Origin: a virus
Taxonomy: Duplodnaviria > Caudoviricetes
DNA length: 64,000 nt
IMG/VR virus record: IMGVR_UViG_2767802019_000001
Coordinates: 7,528-71,527 of that record
Reading direction: 5' to 3' (one strand)
The notes below the pieces were generated by a model. That model did not search any database. It worked only from the letters and a program-made list of their open reading frames with translations, and was not told the DNA's origin. The position numbers were made by a program, and so were the translations under genes. Position 1 is the stretch's first letter. Each line of letters begins with the position of its first letter. Of the stretch, positions 34,593 to 44,382 are shown in pieces.

Positions 34593-36163
34593 GCGGTGTC
34601 GTCATACCGGGGCGCGGCGATCAGGCCCCCCGGATACTCAGCGCGCCGCCGCGCGTTTCCAGCGCGGGTGCTGATGTCGCGGAGCTTGCGGAGATCGCCG
34701 GGCTCACCCTCGATCCGTGGCAGCGCCTCGTGCTCGATGAGGCCCTCGGGCAGCGGGCGGACGGGACATGGTCCGCCTTCGAGGTCGGTCTGATCGTCGG
34801 CCGCCAGAACGGCAAGGGCGTCGTCCTCGAAGCCCGTGAGCTGGCCAGCCTTTTCCTCCTGGACGAAGAGCTGTGCATCCACAGCGCCCACCTCTTCGAC
34901 ACGTCACTCGAAGCCTTCAAGCGCATCCTCGGCCTTATCGAGAGCACGCCGGACCTGGACCGCATGGTCAAGCGCGTCAGCCGCTCCCACGGCGAAGAGG
35001 GCATTGAGGTCTTCCGTGACGGGGCGCTGCGGCGCCTTCGTTTCCGCTCGCGCACTGCGGGCGGCGGCCGTGGCTTCTCCTGCGACTGTCTCGTGCTGGA
35101 CGAAGCGATGATCCTCACGGACCGTGCGGTCGGCGCGATCCTCCCGACACTGTCCGCGGTGCCTGACCCTCAGGTCTGGTACACGGGGTCGTCCGGCACC
35201 AAGGAGTCGACCGCGCTCGGCCGGGTCCGCACCCGCGGCATCGCCGGCTCCGATCCCCGCTTGTGCTACCTGGAATGGTCGATCGACGAGTGCACGCAGT
35301 TCTGCCCTCCGACGTGCGAAGACCACGACGTGCAGGACTTCAGGGCCGACCCCCGCTGGACGCGAGAGGAGTACGACCGGCAGCTTTCTCGTCTGTACGC
35401 CTCGTATCCGAAGGCGAATCCTGGCTTTGGCATCCGCATCGGCGGTGCGCATTCTCCGGAGCGCAGCGTGGAGCACATCGAGGCTGAGCGACGCAGCATG
35501 TCCGCCGAGGAGTTCAGTCGCGAACGCCTGGGTGTGGGGGACTGGCCGGTCGAGGGCGAGTCGTGGCGTGTCATCGGTGAGGCGTACTGGAAGGCCTGCA
35601 TCGATCCGGCGTCCGAGCCCGTCGGTGACCTGTCCTTCGGCGTCGATCTGACGCCGGACCGCAAGAGCGGCTGCATCGTCGTCGCCGGGCTGAACCCAGA
35701 CGGCCTGACCCACGTAGAGATCACATCGTCTGATGCTCTGGACCATCGCCCTGGTGACCGGTGGATCGTGCCGCGCCTGGCCGACCTGGTGGCGCGCTGG
35801 AAGCCGAAGGCTGTGGTCATCAACCGTGCCGGTCAGGCGGGCGCGCTGATACCGGCGCTCGAAGCCAAGGGCGTCGAGGTCATCAATCCGACTGCCCGCG
35901 AATTCGCTCAGGCCTGCGGCTCGTTCGGCAGCGCCGTCGTGCCGATGCGCGGCAATCATCCCACCCTCGTGCACCTGGACCAGGTGCCGCTGTCATCCGC
36001 TGTCGCGGGCGCCGACAAGCGCGTTGTTGCCGACCTGTGGGCCTGGGACCAGCGGGGAGCAGCCATCGACATCTCACCTCTCCAGGCCGCGACGCTCGCG
36101 GTCTGGGGTCTTCAGCAGAGCGCCAAGAAGCCGCCCGTCGAAGCAGGTTGCGCATGGGGGTGA
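34589..36163 (+). CDS. Terminase large subunit
   Basis: LDPWQ, VGRQNGKG Walker A, LVLDEA Walker B, FGVDLTPDR nuclease domain. Confidence 0.92.
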   Translation: MSGVVIPGRGDQAPRILSAPPRVSSAGADVAELAEIAGLTLDPWQRLVLDEALGQRADGTWSAFEVGLIVGRQNGKGVVLEARELASLFLLDEELCIHSAHLFDTSLEAFKRILGLIESTPDLDRMVKRVSRSHGEEGIEVFRDGALRRLRFRSRTAGGGRGFSCDCLVLDEAMILTDRAVGAILPTLSAVPDPQVWYTGSSGTKESTALGRVRTRGIAGSDPRLCYLEWSIDECTQFCPPTCEDHDVQDFRADPRWTREEYDRQLSRLYASYPKANPGFGIRIGGAHSPERSVEHIEAERRSMSAEEFSRERLGVGDWPVEGESWRVIGEAYWKACIDPASEPVGDLSFGVDLTPDRKSGCIVVAGLNPDGLTHVEITSSDALDHRPGDRWIVPRLADLVARWKPKAVVINRAGQAGALIPALEAKGVEVINPTAREFAQACGSFGSAVVPMRGNHPTLVHLDQVPLSSAVAGADKRVVADLWAWDQRGAAIDISPLQAATLAVWGLQQSAKKPPVEAGCAWG

Positions 36164-36166
36164 CGG

Positions 36167-37597
36167 ATGGCCTGGTGGAAGAAGCTCATCCCCTGGGGCC
36201 GTAACCGGAAGGCCTTCACACAGCCCGACTTCTGGAACATCGACGCTGCCCCGTTCTTCATGGGCAGCACCGCCGACAAGGAGCGGATCGAGACCGACTT
36301 CGAGGGCTACGTCGAAGGAGCCTTCAAGCGCAACGGCCCGATCTTCTCATGCGTCATGGCACGTCAGATGGTGTTCAGCGAAGCCCGGTTCCAGTGGCGG
36401 AAGTTCAAGAACGGCCGCCCAGGCGATCTCTTCGGCAGTCAGGAGCTGACACTCCTGGAAAGGCCGTGGGCTTCCGGCACGACGGGCGAGCTGCTCGCGC
36501 GCATGGAGCAGGACGCCTCACTGGCCGGAAACTCGTACTGGACGAAGACCGACGACCAGGGCCGCTTCGGCGACAGTGCGAGCGGCCCCGGTCTGCGGCT
36601 CGCGCGGCTGCGGCCTGACTGGGTGTCGATGGTCATCGGCTCTCACTCCGGTGACTTGTACGCCGTGGACGCGAGGATCATCGGCTTCCTCTACGAGCCG
36701 CGGCAGTTCGGCGTCATGTCGTCGGGCGGACCGATGGCGAGTGGCGGCGCTGTCCTGCTCATGCCGGACGAAGTCGCCCACTACAGCCCGATACCCGACC
36801 CGGGAGCCCGCTTCAGGGGAATGAGTTGGATCACGCCCGTACTGCGGGAGATCGAGGCGGACACCGCGGCGACGGTCCACAAGAAGACGTTCTTCGAGCA
36901 TGCGGCTGTACCGAACATGGTGGTCCGCTTCGACAAGGACGTGCAGAAGGAGCAGTTCGAGTCCTTCGTCAAGGCGTTCAAGGCCGGGCATCAGGGTGCG
37001 TTCAACGCGTACAAGACGCTCTTTCTCCAGGGCGGCGCCGACGTCACGCCGCTCACCCACGATTTCCGGCAGCTCGACTTCACGTCGACCGTCGGCAAGG
37101 GTGAAGCGCGCATAGCGAGCGCCGCCGGGGTCCCACCCTCGTGGGTCGGCTTCTCCGAGGGCCTTCAGGGGTCCGCGCTCAATGCCTCCAACTTCACCGC
37201 GAGCCGGCGCCGCTTCGCGGACGGCACGATGCGCCCGCTGTGGCGCATGGCCGCGTCGTGCCTGGAAAACCTGGTGACGGTGCCGAACGGCGCGAGCCTT
37301 TGGTACGACGACCGCGACATCGCCTTTCTGCGCGAGGACTCCAAGGACCGCGCGGAGATCCTGCGCGTGCAGGCGAACACGATTGACGCCCTCATCAAGG
37401 CGGGCTTCGAGCCTGATGCCGCAGTGCAGGCGATTCTCGCCGAAGACGTCTCTCAGCTCGTCGGTCAGCACACCGGCCTCGTGTCGGTTCAGATGCAGCC
37501 GCCCGCAAGTCTCGAACCCGCGGAGCCCGAAGTCAATCCCGCGCCCCTTGAATTGGAACAATCCGGCACGCCGGAAGGACAAGATGATGGAGCGTAA
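36167..37597 (+). CDS. Portal protein (HK97-like)
   Basis: Position; GNSYW, V.HY..RGMSWI, DFTS..RIASAAGVPP. Confidence 0.9.
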   Translation: MAWWKKLIPWGRNRKAFTQPDFWNIDAAPFFMGSTADKERIETDFEGYVEGAFKRNGPIFSCVMARQMVFSEARFQWRKFKNGRPGDLFGSQELTLLERPWASGTTGELLARMEQDASLAGNSYWTKTDDQGRFGDSASGPGLRLARLRPDWVSMVIGSHSGDLYAVDARIIGFLYEPRQFGVMSSGGPMASGGAVLLMPDEVAHYSPIPDPGARFRGMSWITPVLREIEADTAATVHKKTFFEHAAVPNMVVRFDKDVQKEQFESFVKAFKAGHQGAFNAYKTLFLQGGADVTPLTHDFRQLDFTSTVGKGEARIASAAGVPPSWVGFSEGLQGSALNASNFTASRRRFADGTMRPLWRMAASCLENLVTVPNGASLWYDDRDIAFLREDSKDRAEILRVQANTIDALIKAGFEPDAAVQAILAEDVSQLVGQHTGLVSVQMQPPASLEPAEPEVNPAPLELEQSGTPEGQDDGA

Positions 37598-38735
37598 AAG
37601 CCTGTCCGGCGGCCTGGAAATCAAGGACGCGGAAAAGGGCATTGTCTCGGCAGTCTTCTCAACTATGAACGTCCGCGACCACGACGGGGATTACACCCGC
37701 GAGGATGCCTTTACCGACGGGGCGCCGGTTGTTATCAGCGCCTACGGACACAAGTCCTGGGACGGTGCGCCCCCGGTAGGAAAGGGCGTCATCCGCGTGA
37801 AGGGCAAGCGGGCCGTCCTTGAGGGGCAGTTCTTCATGAACACCACGGCGGGCCGAGATACTTTCGAGACCGTAAAAGAACTCGCGAAGGACGGCCTTGG
37901 TGAGTGGTCGTACGGCTTTGACATCAACAAGTACTCCTTCGGTGAAGAGAAGGACCAGCCGGTCCGCTATCTCGAAGCCGTGACTGTGCACGAGGTGTCA
38001 CCCGTTCTGCTGGGTGCTGGAATCAATACGCGCACTCTGTCGACGAAGGGCCGTGCCGTGGACGATGACCAGTTCCGCACCGTGAAGGGCCCAACTGCCG
38101 TTCGCGGGCCCATTCCGGCACAGGAGACAGCGACGCTCACGCGCGCCTGGGACGGCGCGAAGACAATCGGTGATCTGCCTGAGGACTCGCGGCCCTCCCA
38201 GCTCCGCAGCGTGTATGCGTGGGTCGACCCCGACGGGGACCCGGAGCTGAAGGGCTCTTACCTGCTGGCTCACCACCACGGAGTCGACGGGCCGGCCAAT
38301 CTGCGCGCGTGCCTTCAGGGCATCGCGCAGCTGAACGGCGTAAGCGGTGACTCCGGGGTTCCGGAGTCTGACCGTGAGGCGGTCTACAAGCACTTGGCAT
38401 CGCATCTTCGCGACGCCGATCGAGAGCCGCCCAAGCTGCGGGACCGCAGTGACGGGCATGCGAAGGGCCTCACTTTGAGTGAGGAACTGATTGACGCTCT
38501 TGCCTGTACGGCAGGGGCAATTGACAGCGCGTCACGGGTGGTCGCTCTGCGCGCCGAAAAGGGAAAGTCGCTCTCAAAGGTCAATTCCGAGATCCTGGAC
38601 TGGATCAGGGATGAACTCAAGCGGCTTGATTCCATCTTGTCGGTACCGGTCGTCAATGACGAGCCGGACGGACCGAGTGATGAACAGAAGCTGTCGCTCT
38701 ACGTCCAGTCCCTGGCTCTTATCAACGACTTCTAG
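37587..38735 (+). CDS. Prohead maturation protease with extra C-terminal domain
   Basis: AVFST.N.RDHDGD, H, EWSYGF, L..EVSPV..GA. Confidence 0.88.
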   Translation: MERKSLSGGLEIKDAEKGIVSAVFSTMNVRDHDGDYTREDAFTDGAPVVISAYGHKSWDGAPPVGKGVIRVKGKRAVLEGQFFMNTTAGRDTFETVKELAKDGLGEWSYGFDINKYSFGEEKDQPVRYLEAVTVHEVSPVLLGAGINTRTLSTKGRAVDDDQFRTVKGPTAVRGPIPAQETATLTRAWDGAKTIGDLPEDSRPSQLRSVYAWVDPDGDPELKGSYLLAHHHGVDGPANLRACLQGIAQLNGVSGDSGVPESDREAVYKHLASHLRDADREPPKLRDRSDGHAKGLTLSEELIDALACTAGAIDSASRVVALRAEKGKSLSKVNSEILDWIRDELKRLDSILSVPVVNDEPDGPSDEQKLSLYVQSLALINDF

Positions 38736-38750
38736 CAGTCGCGTCCCTTG

Positions 38751-38776
38751 AGGCCCCCTGTTCGGGGGCTTTTTTC
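38751..38776 (+). terminator. Intrinsic terminator between protease and capsid genes
   Basis: AGGCCCCC-TGTTC-GGGGGCTTTTTT. Confidence 0.75.
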
Positions 38777-38796
38777 ATGCCCGAAAACGGAGCGTC

Positions 38797-40083
38797 ATGT
38801 ACAACGACTCTGATCGCATCATTGAGTTCCCTGCCCTGAAGCAGGCCCAGGAAGCGCTTGACGAGAGGCGCAAGGCGCTGGCCACCGTCTTCTCAGAGGC
38901 TGGCCCTGATTACGACATGTCGAAGGTGAAGAGCCTTCAGGGCGACTCGACCGCGAAGGTCGAAGAGATCCGCAAGATGAACGACGAGATCATCGAGCGC
39001 AAGAAGAAGCTCGACGAGCTTCAGATCGTCGGCCGTGCCGCGGCTGCGTCCAAGCAGGACGAAGAGGCGGCCGAGCGCGGCGACGGCGCCAGGGGCGGCG
39101 GGCGGGAGGCCGAGCGCAAAGGCGGGCGGCGCCTCAGTCTGGGGGAGAGCTTCGCTGAGTCGCAGGCTTTCAAGGGCTACAAGCCGGGCTCTGGCGTCGG
39201 CCCGTCGGCGCACCTCGACATCAGCCTGAAGACGCTTATGGAGACCCCGGTCGGCTGGGACTCAGAGGACGTCCGCACGGGGCGCCTTGAGCTGATGCCG
39301 ATGCGGCCCTCGGTGCATGTGGCTTCGTACTTCCCGAGCACCACGACCGGCATGAGCGCCGTCGTCTACATGGAAGAGACCACTTACACGAACGCGGCGG
39401 CCGAGACCTTCGAGGCCAACCAGGCGGACAGCCAGGGCGCATACCCCGAGTCGGCTCTCGCGCTCACCGAGCGGCAGGAGCCGGTGCGGAAGATCGCGAC
39501 CTTCCTGCCCGTCACGGACGAGCAGTTCGAGGACGAGCCACGCGCGAAGGGCTATGTCGAGAACCGTCTTCCGTTCATGATTCAGCAGCGGCTGGACAGC
39601 CAGCTCCTGGTGGGTAACGGCACCGCGCCGAACCTGCGCGGCACCGAGAACGTGGTGGGCATCAACACGCAGGCTCTCGGCGGCGACTCGATTCCGGACG
39701 CCATCTACAAGGCAGCCCGGAAGATCCGCGACACCGGGTTTGCGGAGCCGTCGGTCTGCTTCATTGCCCCCTCGAAGTGGGAGGGCGTGCGGCTGCTGAA
39801 GACCGCTGACGGCCAGTACATCTGGGGGCACCCCAGCATGGTCGGCCCGTTCACGATCTGGGGAATCCCGGTCGTGGAGACTACGGCGGTCACCGCCACC
39901 AAGGCAGTGCTGGGCGATTACACGAACTTCGCGGAACTCGCGATGCGCCGTGGAATCGACGTGCAGGTCAGCAACAGTCACAGCGACTACTTCGTGAAGG
40001 GCAAGCTCGCCATCCGCGCGGACATGCGCTGCGCTGCGCTTCACTACCGCCCGCTGGCGTTCGCGGCCGTCACCGGCCTCTGA
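38797..40083 (+). CDS. Major capsid protein (HK97 fold, N-terminal delta domain)
   Basis: Coiled-coil N-terminus; VRKIATFLPVTDE, LLVGNG, IWGIPVV, LGDY, AIRADMR. Confidence 0.92.
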   Translation: MYNDSDRIIEFPALKQAQEALDERRKALATVFSEAGPDYDMSKVKSLQGDSTAKVEEIRKMNDEIIERKKKLDELQIVGRAAAASKQDEEAAERGDGARGGGREAERKGGRRLSLGESFAESQAFKGYKPGSGVGPSAHLDISLKTLMETPVGWDSEDVRTGRLELMPMRPSVHVASYFPSTTTGMSAVVYMEETTYTNAAAETFEANQADSQGAYPESALALTERQEPVRKIATFLPVTDEQFEDEPRAKGYVENRLPFMIQQRLDSQLLVGNGTAPNLRGTENVVGINTQALGGDSIPDAIYKAARKIRDTGFAEPSVCFIAPSKWEGVRLLKTADGQYIWGHPSMVGPFTIWGIPVVETTAVTATKAVLGDYTNFAELAMRRGIDVQVSNSHSDYFVKGKLAIRADMRCAALHYRPLAFAAVTGL

Positions 40084-40099
40084 TCGAGAACCGACCTGA

Positions 40100-40134
40100 C
40101 CGAAGGGGCCGCTGTCTGGCGCCCCTTCGGTTTT
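40100..40134 (+). terminator. Terminator after capsid gene
   Basis: CCGAAGGGGC/GCCCCTTCGG stem then TTTT. Confidence 0.7.
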
Positions 40135-40152
40135 CCTCATGAAGGGAATCCC

Positions 40153-40587
40153 ATGGGCAACATCATGCCCGGCACCGGGAAGATCGGTTCCGGGAACCAC
40201 GTCGGCCGCGTGAAGTACGCGCGCGCCGTCTACGACTTCGCGGTGGACGGCGGTGCGATCGGCACCATCACGCTGCGAGGCGACGCACTGCCTACCGGCG
40301 CCATTCTGCTGGACGCCTTCGTCGATGTCACGACGGCCTTCCTTCCCGTGACGACCACGACTGTGGCGCTCACCGTCCAGTCGGCCGGCGATCTGCGGGC
40401 GGCGGCACTCACCAATGCCTCGCCGTCCGTCATCTCCACCACGGGCGCCAAGCGCCTGCTGGTGGACGCCGGTGACGCTGACCTGGTCAAGACGACGGCA
40501 GTCCGCTCGATCACCCTGGCCGTCGCCGCGGGAGCCGTGACGGCGGGCAAGTGCTCGGTCGTCGTGGCCTACCTGGAGCTGGCCTGA
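40153..40587 (+). CDS. Capsid decoration/cement-like protein
   Basis: Beta-rich; LPTGAILLDAFVDVTTAF..TAGK..VVVAY. Confidence 0.6.
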   Translation: MGNIMPGTGKIGSGNHVGRVKYARAVYDFAVDGGAIGTITLRGDALPTGAILLDAFVDVTTAFLPVTTTTVALTVQSAGDLRAAALTNASPSVISTTGAKRLLVDAGDADLVKTTAVRSITLAVAAGAVTAGKCSVVVAYLELA

Positions 40588-40832
40588 TGACGGGCCGCGA
40601 CTGGGTCACGGTCACGGAGCACTGGTGCCTCACTGAGGACCGCAGCCGCGTCGTGCGCGAGACCGACCCCGAAGCCCGCTTCCTCCACTGGTCGCCGGGC
40701 ACCGTGGTCTCTCGCGAGGAAGCTGAGCGCCTCGGGGCGGTGAAGCGCGAGCCGGCCCCGGAACCTGAACAGAAGAAGGCGGCGCCAGCCGTGAACAAGG
40801 CGCGACTTCCTGGCCACAACAAAGGGCGCTGA
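40587..40832 (+). CDS. Small head-associated hypothetical protein
   Basis: TGATG coupling; K..PA.NKAR.P..NK tail. Confidence 0.6.
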   Translation: MTGRDWVTVTEHWCLTEDRSRVVRETDPEARFLHWSPGTVVSREEAERLGAVKREPAPEPEQKKAAPAVNKARLPGHNKGR

Positions 40833-40853
40833 CGCGGACGGGGGGTCTCCCTC

Positions 40854-41465
40854 ATGGCCCTTGGTGCTGCATACGCCACGCTCGCGGAGCTGAAGGCGAG
40901 GCTTTCGAACCTGGAAGACGTTGCCATCTATGACGATGTCCTTGAGGACGCACTCGACTCGGTGAGCCGCGAGATCGAGAGCCATTGCGGGCGGCAGTTC
41001 AACAACACGGACACGGCAACGACCCGCAAGTACGGACCTGATGAGGTCTTTGCGTTGCGCGAGGGGGCGGCTGTTTCGCGGTGGGTGCGGGTCGATGACT
41101 TCTACGACACGGCAGAGCTGGTCATCGAGTCCGGCGGCACGACCTGGTCGGGCGGGGACTACCTGCTGCACCCCCGCAATGGGGTGATCGACGGGCAGCC
41201 AGGCTGGCCGTACTGCGAGGTTCACGCCGACGGATTGCTGAGATTCGATTCCGGCTTGAGCGTTACCGCAAAGTGGGGCTGGGCGGCCGTGCCCGCGCCG
41301 GTAAAACAAGCCTGCTTGATCATGGCTGCCGAAACGTTTCAAATCAAGGACGCGCCTTTCGGTGTGGCTGGAATGGACCAGTTCGGCGCCATCCGCGTAC
41401 GCGATAACCGCATGGCGGCAGCGAAGCTCTCCCGTTATTGCCGTGACCCTATCCGAGTGAGGTGA
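40854..41465 (+). CDS. Head-tail connector/adaptor
   Basis: YATLAELKARL..SREIESHCGRQF..KWGWAAVPAPVKQACL. Confidence 0.8.
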   Translation: MALGAAYATLAELKARLSNLEDVAIYDDVLEDALDSVSREIESHCGRQFNNTDTATTRKYGPDEVFALREGAAVSRWVRVDDFYDTAELVIESGGTTWSGGDYLLHPRNGVIDGQPGWPYCEVHADGLLRFDSGLSVTAKWGWAAVPAPVKQACLIMAAETFQIKDAPFGVAGMDQFGAIRVRDNRMAAAKLSRYCRDPIRVR

Positions 41466-41466
41466 C

Positions 41467-41910
41467 ATGGCGTCCCTCACTGAGATAAGGGCTGCGCTGA
41501 AAACCACGTTCAAGGAAAATATACCGAATCTGAACGTATATGCGGAAGTCGCGGACGTGACGCAAGTTCCGGCCATTGTAGTAATGCCTGCACGCGTCAA
41601 TTCAAGCGGGCTTGTGTGCGAATTCAACGGGGCGTTCGGCCGCGGCCTCGACACGTGGCATCTGGAACTATACGTACTGGTGGCCCGCACAGAGGCGGTC
41701 CTTGCTCAGCAGGCATTGGACCAGTACGTCACCGGTACCGGACCGAAAAGTGTCCGTCGAATCCTTTACGAGAACCCAGATCTAGGGCTCGCCGACGGCA
41801 CAGATGCGCACACGGAGGGCGTGAGTGCCTATGACGGGGCTTTCGAATCTGCGGGCATCCCGCATGTGGGCGCAGTAGTCCGGGTGACCGTGCGAACTTC
41901 CAGTACTTAA
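41467..41910 (+). CDS. Tail terminator-like protein
   Basis: Position and size; IRAAL..VPAIVV. Confidence 0.6.
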   Translation: MASLTEIRAALKTTFKENIPNLNVYAEVADVTQVPAIVVMPARVNSSGLVCEFNGAFGRGLDTWHLELYVLVARTEAVLAQQALDQYVTGTGPKSVRRILYENPDLGLADGTDAHTEGVSAYDGAFESAGIPHVGAVVRVTVRTSST

Positions 41911-41921
41911 GCGAGGAAGCA

Positions 41922-42260
41922 ATGTCCCTCAGGACAACCCAAGTCATTGTGCCTGCGGGCACTGCCCCTACGTTCACCGCAACTACGGCGTCCGACACGA
42001 TGGAAGTCGGGGACCGCCTCTTTGCTGTTTACCGCAGCACGCACTCTACGACCGTCACTGTGACTGTGCTCGGTGAGCAGGTGCTGGAGAACGGCGATGT
42101 CGCGCCGAACAAGGTCTACACACTGGCCATCGGCAGCACCACGATGCAAGAGAAGTGGATTCCGCTTTTCAAGTCCTATCACGATGCGACGACGGGACTG
42201 GCCACTATCACGTGTTCACCATTGGACGCCACGATCACTATGGCTGTTGTGAGGCGATGA
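41922..42260 (+). CDS. Small beta-rich structural protein
   Basis: GAGGA RBS; Thr/Val-rich. Confidence 0.6.
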   Translation: MSLRTTQVIVPAGTAPTFTATTASDTMEVGDRLFAVYRSTHSTTVTVTVLGEQVLENGDVAPNKVYTLAIGSTTMQEKWIPLFKSYHDATTGLATITCSPLDATITMAVVRR

Positions 42261-42264
42261 CCTG

Positions 42265-42558
42265 ATGGCTAGGGCGAGCGATCGCCCGATACCTCAGCCC
42301 CTCCCAGTACAGGACCGCCCGGCAGCTCAGCCGAGGCGGTCTTTGCGTATTCCGAGGGAAGATCCCGTGCCGCGGGAGTACGAGGTTATCGGGCCGAAAG
42401 TCGTAGGCGGAAAGATCAAGGGCGAGCGCGTGACGCTCGCCCTTACTCGTGCCCAGGAGCGGGCGCTTATCGAAGCCGGGCATGTGAAGCCCGCCATTGA
42501 ACGGCCGTCGTTGGCCGACAGGGAAGAGGCTGGCGATGGCCAAGATAGTCCTGCGTAG
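42265..42558 (+). CDS. Small hypothetical structural-region protein
   Basis: REYEVIGPKVVGG..ALIEAGHV; true start may be internal. Confidence 0.5.
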   Translation: MARASDRPIPQPLPVQDRPAAQPRRSLRIPREDPVPREYEVIGPKVVGGKIKGERVTLALTRAQERALIEAGHVKPAIERPSLADREEAGDGQDSPA

Positions 42559-42952
42559 CTGTGACATTGTCGTAAACGGAGTCAACTTCTCCGATCACAT
42601 TTCCTCGGTCGAGATCAATCTGGTCAAGGACGAGATCGAGACCACGAATTTCAGCGGCCAGGGACGCGAGCGCGTCGCCGGCCTTAAGGACGACAGTTTT
42701 GTCCTGAACTTCCAGCAGGACTTCGCGTCTGGCGAGGTGAACTCGACCCTCTTCCCGCTGTGGGACCTGGAGACGGAATTCACGGTAGTGGTCAAGCCGA
42801 CGGCGGCAGCGGTCTCGGTTAACAACCCCTCCTTCACCGGCACGTGCATCCTCCTTGAGTACCAGCCCCTTTCCGGTGACGTCGGCGACCTCAGTGAGAC
42901 CGAGGTCACCTTCCCGACGCAGCGGACAGGTATCACCATGGCGACTGTCTGA
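42536..42952 (+). CDS. Major tail (tube) protein
   Basis: VNGVNFSDHISSVEI..ETTNF..VAGLKD..FQQDF..NPSFTG..GDVGDL. Confidence 0.85.
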   Translation: MAKIVLRSCDIVVNGVNFSDHISSVEINLVKDEIETTNFSGQGRERVAGLKDDSFVLNFQQDFASGEVNSTLFPLWDLETEFTVVVKPTAAAVSVNNPSFTGTCILLEYQPLSGDVGDLSETEVTFPTQRTGITMATV

Positions 42953-43443
42953 TGCCGCAGCGCGTCGGTATCAACGTTCGCCTGGGCGAGGAATTCCGCC
43001 GCACGGCGAACGCCCTGCGCGAGGTCGACCGCTCCCTTCCCGGGAAGCTCCGCAAGGACATGGAGCGTGCTCTGCGCCCAGCAGTCGCGGACGCCAAGGC
43101 GCGTGTCCGGAGCCTGCCGGTGCAGGGCACCAGCGGGCATACAGGCTTGCGGCGCCGGGTGGCCCGCGGCGTCAGGATTCAGGCGCGTACGGGCAAGTCA
43201 CCGATCCTTCGGGTGACGACATCGATGGCGGAGCGCGACGAGCAGAACCTCCCCGGATATCTCGACCGCCCTCAGGGCTGGCGGCACCCGGTGTTCGGCA
43301 ACCGTCATGAGTGGGTGACCCAGCACACGGGCGGCAGCTGGTTCCGCGAACCTCTGGCAGACCATCGTCAGGAGATCGCCCAAAGCCTGCGTCAGGTTCT
43401 GGACGACGCAGCCGAAACGATCGCCGCGGCTACCCGCGGTTGA
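42952..43443 (+). CDS. HK97 gp10-like tail completion protein
   Basis: Basic; GWRHPVFGNR..WV.Q..WF. Confidence 0.7.
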   Translation: MPQRVGINVRLGEEFRRTANALREVDRSLPGKLRKDMERALRPAVADAKARVRSLPVQGTSGHTGLRRRVARGVRIQARTGKSPILRVTTSMAERDEQNLPGYLDRPQGWRHPVFGNRHEWVTQHTGGSWFREPLADHRQEIAQSLRQVLDDAAETIAAATRG

Positions 43444-43450
43444 TCGGTGC

Positions 43451-43528
43451 GGCCCGGCCGGGGTCCGCGGGTACCCCGGCCGGGCCCGTGCACAGCAAAG
43501 CCCCCGGCATCGGACCGGGGGCTTTGCT
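43451..43528. terminator. Two tandem perfect 14-bp hairpins (bidirectional terminators)
   Basis: GGCCCGGCCGGGGT/ACCCCGGCCGGGCC (43451-43486) and AGCAAAGCCCCCGG/CCGGGGGCTTTGCT (43494-43528). Confidence 0.8.
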
Positions 43529-43536
43529 CTGGCTGG

Positions 43537-43872
43537 TCAGTGTGCCTTGTCGTATGCCTCGCGGACTGACGCGGGGACACGCCCGCGGTCATTGACCTCG
43601 AACCCGTTCTCTTTCGCCCAGGCGCGGACTGCGGCGGTGTCCTGGCTGCTGCCCGCCTTGCGCGGCTTGCTCTTGCCTGCGGTACCCCGCACGCGACGGG
43701 CGCCGTCGGCAGTCAGATAGGGCGAGAGCCTTTCGAGAAGGTCGTCGTAATTGTCGGGCGTCAGGTCGATTTCCACGCCTGCGCCATTGACGAGAATCGT
43801 GTGCGTGCTGATCTCTTCCGACTCTTCGCCGGTCAGGTCATCGATATAGGTAACCACAGTCTTTTGAGCCAT
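43537..43872 (-). CDS. lsr2: Lsr2-family nucleoid-associated/xenogeneic silencer
   Basis: MAQKTVVTYIDDLTG..EIDL dimerisation domain; VRAWAKENGFEVNDRGRVP DNA-binding domain with RGR hook. Confidence 0.95.
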   Translation of the reverse strand: MAQKTVVTYIDDLTGEESEEISTHTILVNGAGVEIDLTPDNYDDLLERLSPYLTADGARRVRGTAGKSKPRKAGSSQDTAAVRAWAKENGFEVNDRGRVPASVREAYDKAH

Positions 43873-43878
43873 GACCGG

Positions 43879-43906
43879 ATGTTACCCCACATTTCCGCGA
43901 CGCCAA
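43879..43906 (-). promoter_or_regulatory. Leaderless promoter of lsr2
   Basis: Minus strand TTGGCG-N16-TAACAT-N6-ATG, no RBS. Confidence 0.55.
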
Positions 43907-43945
43907 CCCTGAGTTTCAAATCCCGTGATCGAAAGGTAACCCGCG

Positions 43946-44368
43946 ATGCTGCTTTCCCGTGAACAGATCCTCGAAGCCAAGGATCTTAAGACTGAGGATG
44001 TGCCGGTCCCTGAGTGGGCGCCGGATGGGGCGGAGAACCCCAATGACTACGAGGTTCGGCTGCGCACGCTCATCGGTGAGGAGCGTGACCGCTTCGAGCG
44101 CTTCATGGCCGAAGGCCAGGCGGGCGGCAAGAAGAAGCAGAATCTGGAGAATTTCCGCGCCCGAATGATCACAATGTGTGCTGTCGACGGCCAGGGCAAG
44201 CCGCTCTTCACCACGGGCGACATCAAGGCGCTGGGGATGAAGTCGAGCGTCGCTCTGTCCCGGGTCTTCGACAAGTGCCAGGAGATGAACGGTTTCACCG
44301 AGGCCGACGTCGAGGAGCTGACCGAGGATTTCGGCGAAGGCCAGGACGAGCCCTCTACTTCCGGCTAG
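43946..44368 (+). CDS. Tail assembly chaperone
   Basis: LLSREQILEAKD..V.VPEW..LR.L.GEERDRFE..NFRAR. Confidence 0.85.
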   Translation: MLLSREQILEAKDLKTEDVPVPEWAPDGAENPNDYEVRLRTLIGEERDRFERFMAEGQAGGKKKQNLENFRARMITMCAVDGQGKPLFTTGDIKALGMKSSVALSRVFDKCQEMNGFTEADVEELTEDFGEGQDEPSTSG

Positions 44369-44382
44369 CTCTTGCTCTGGGC

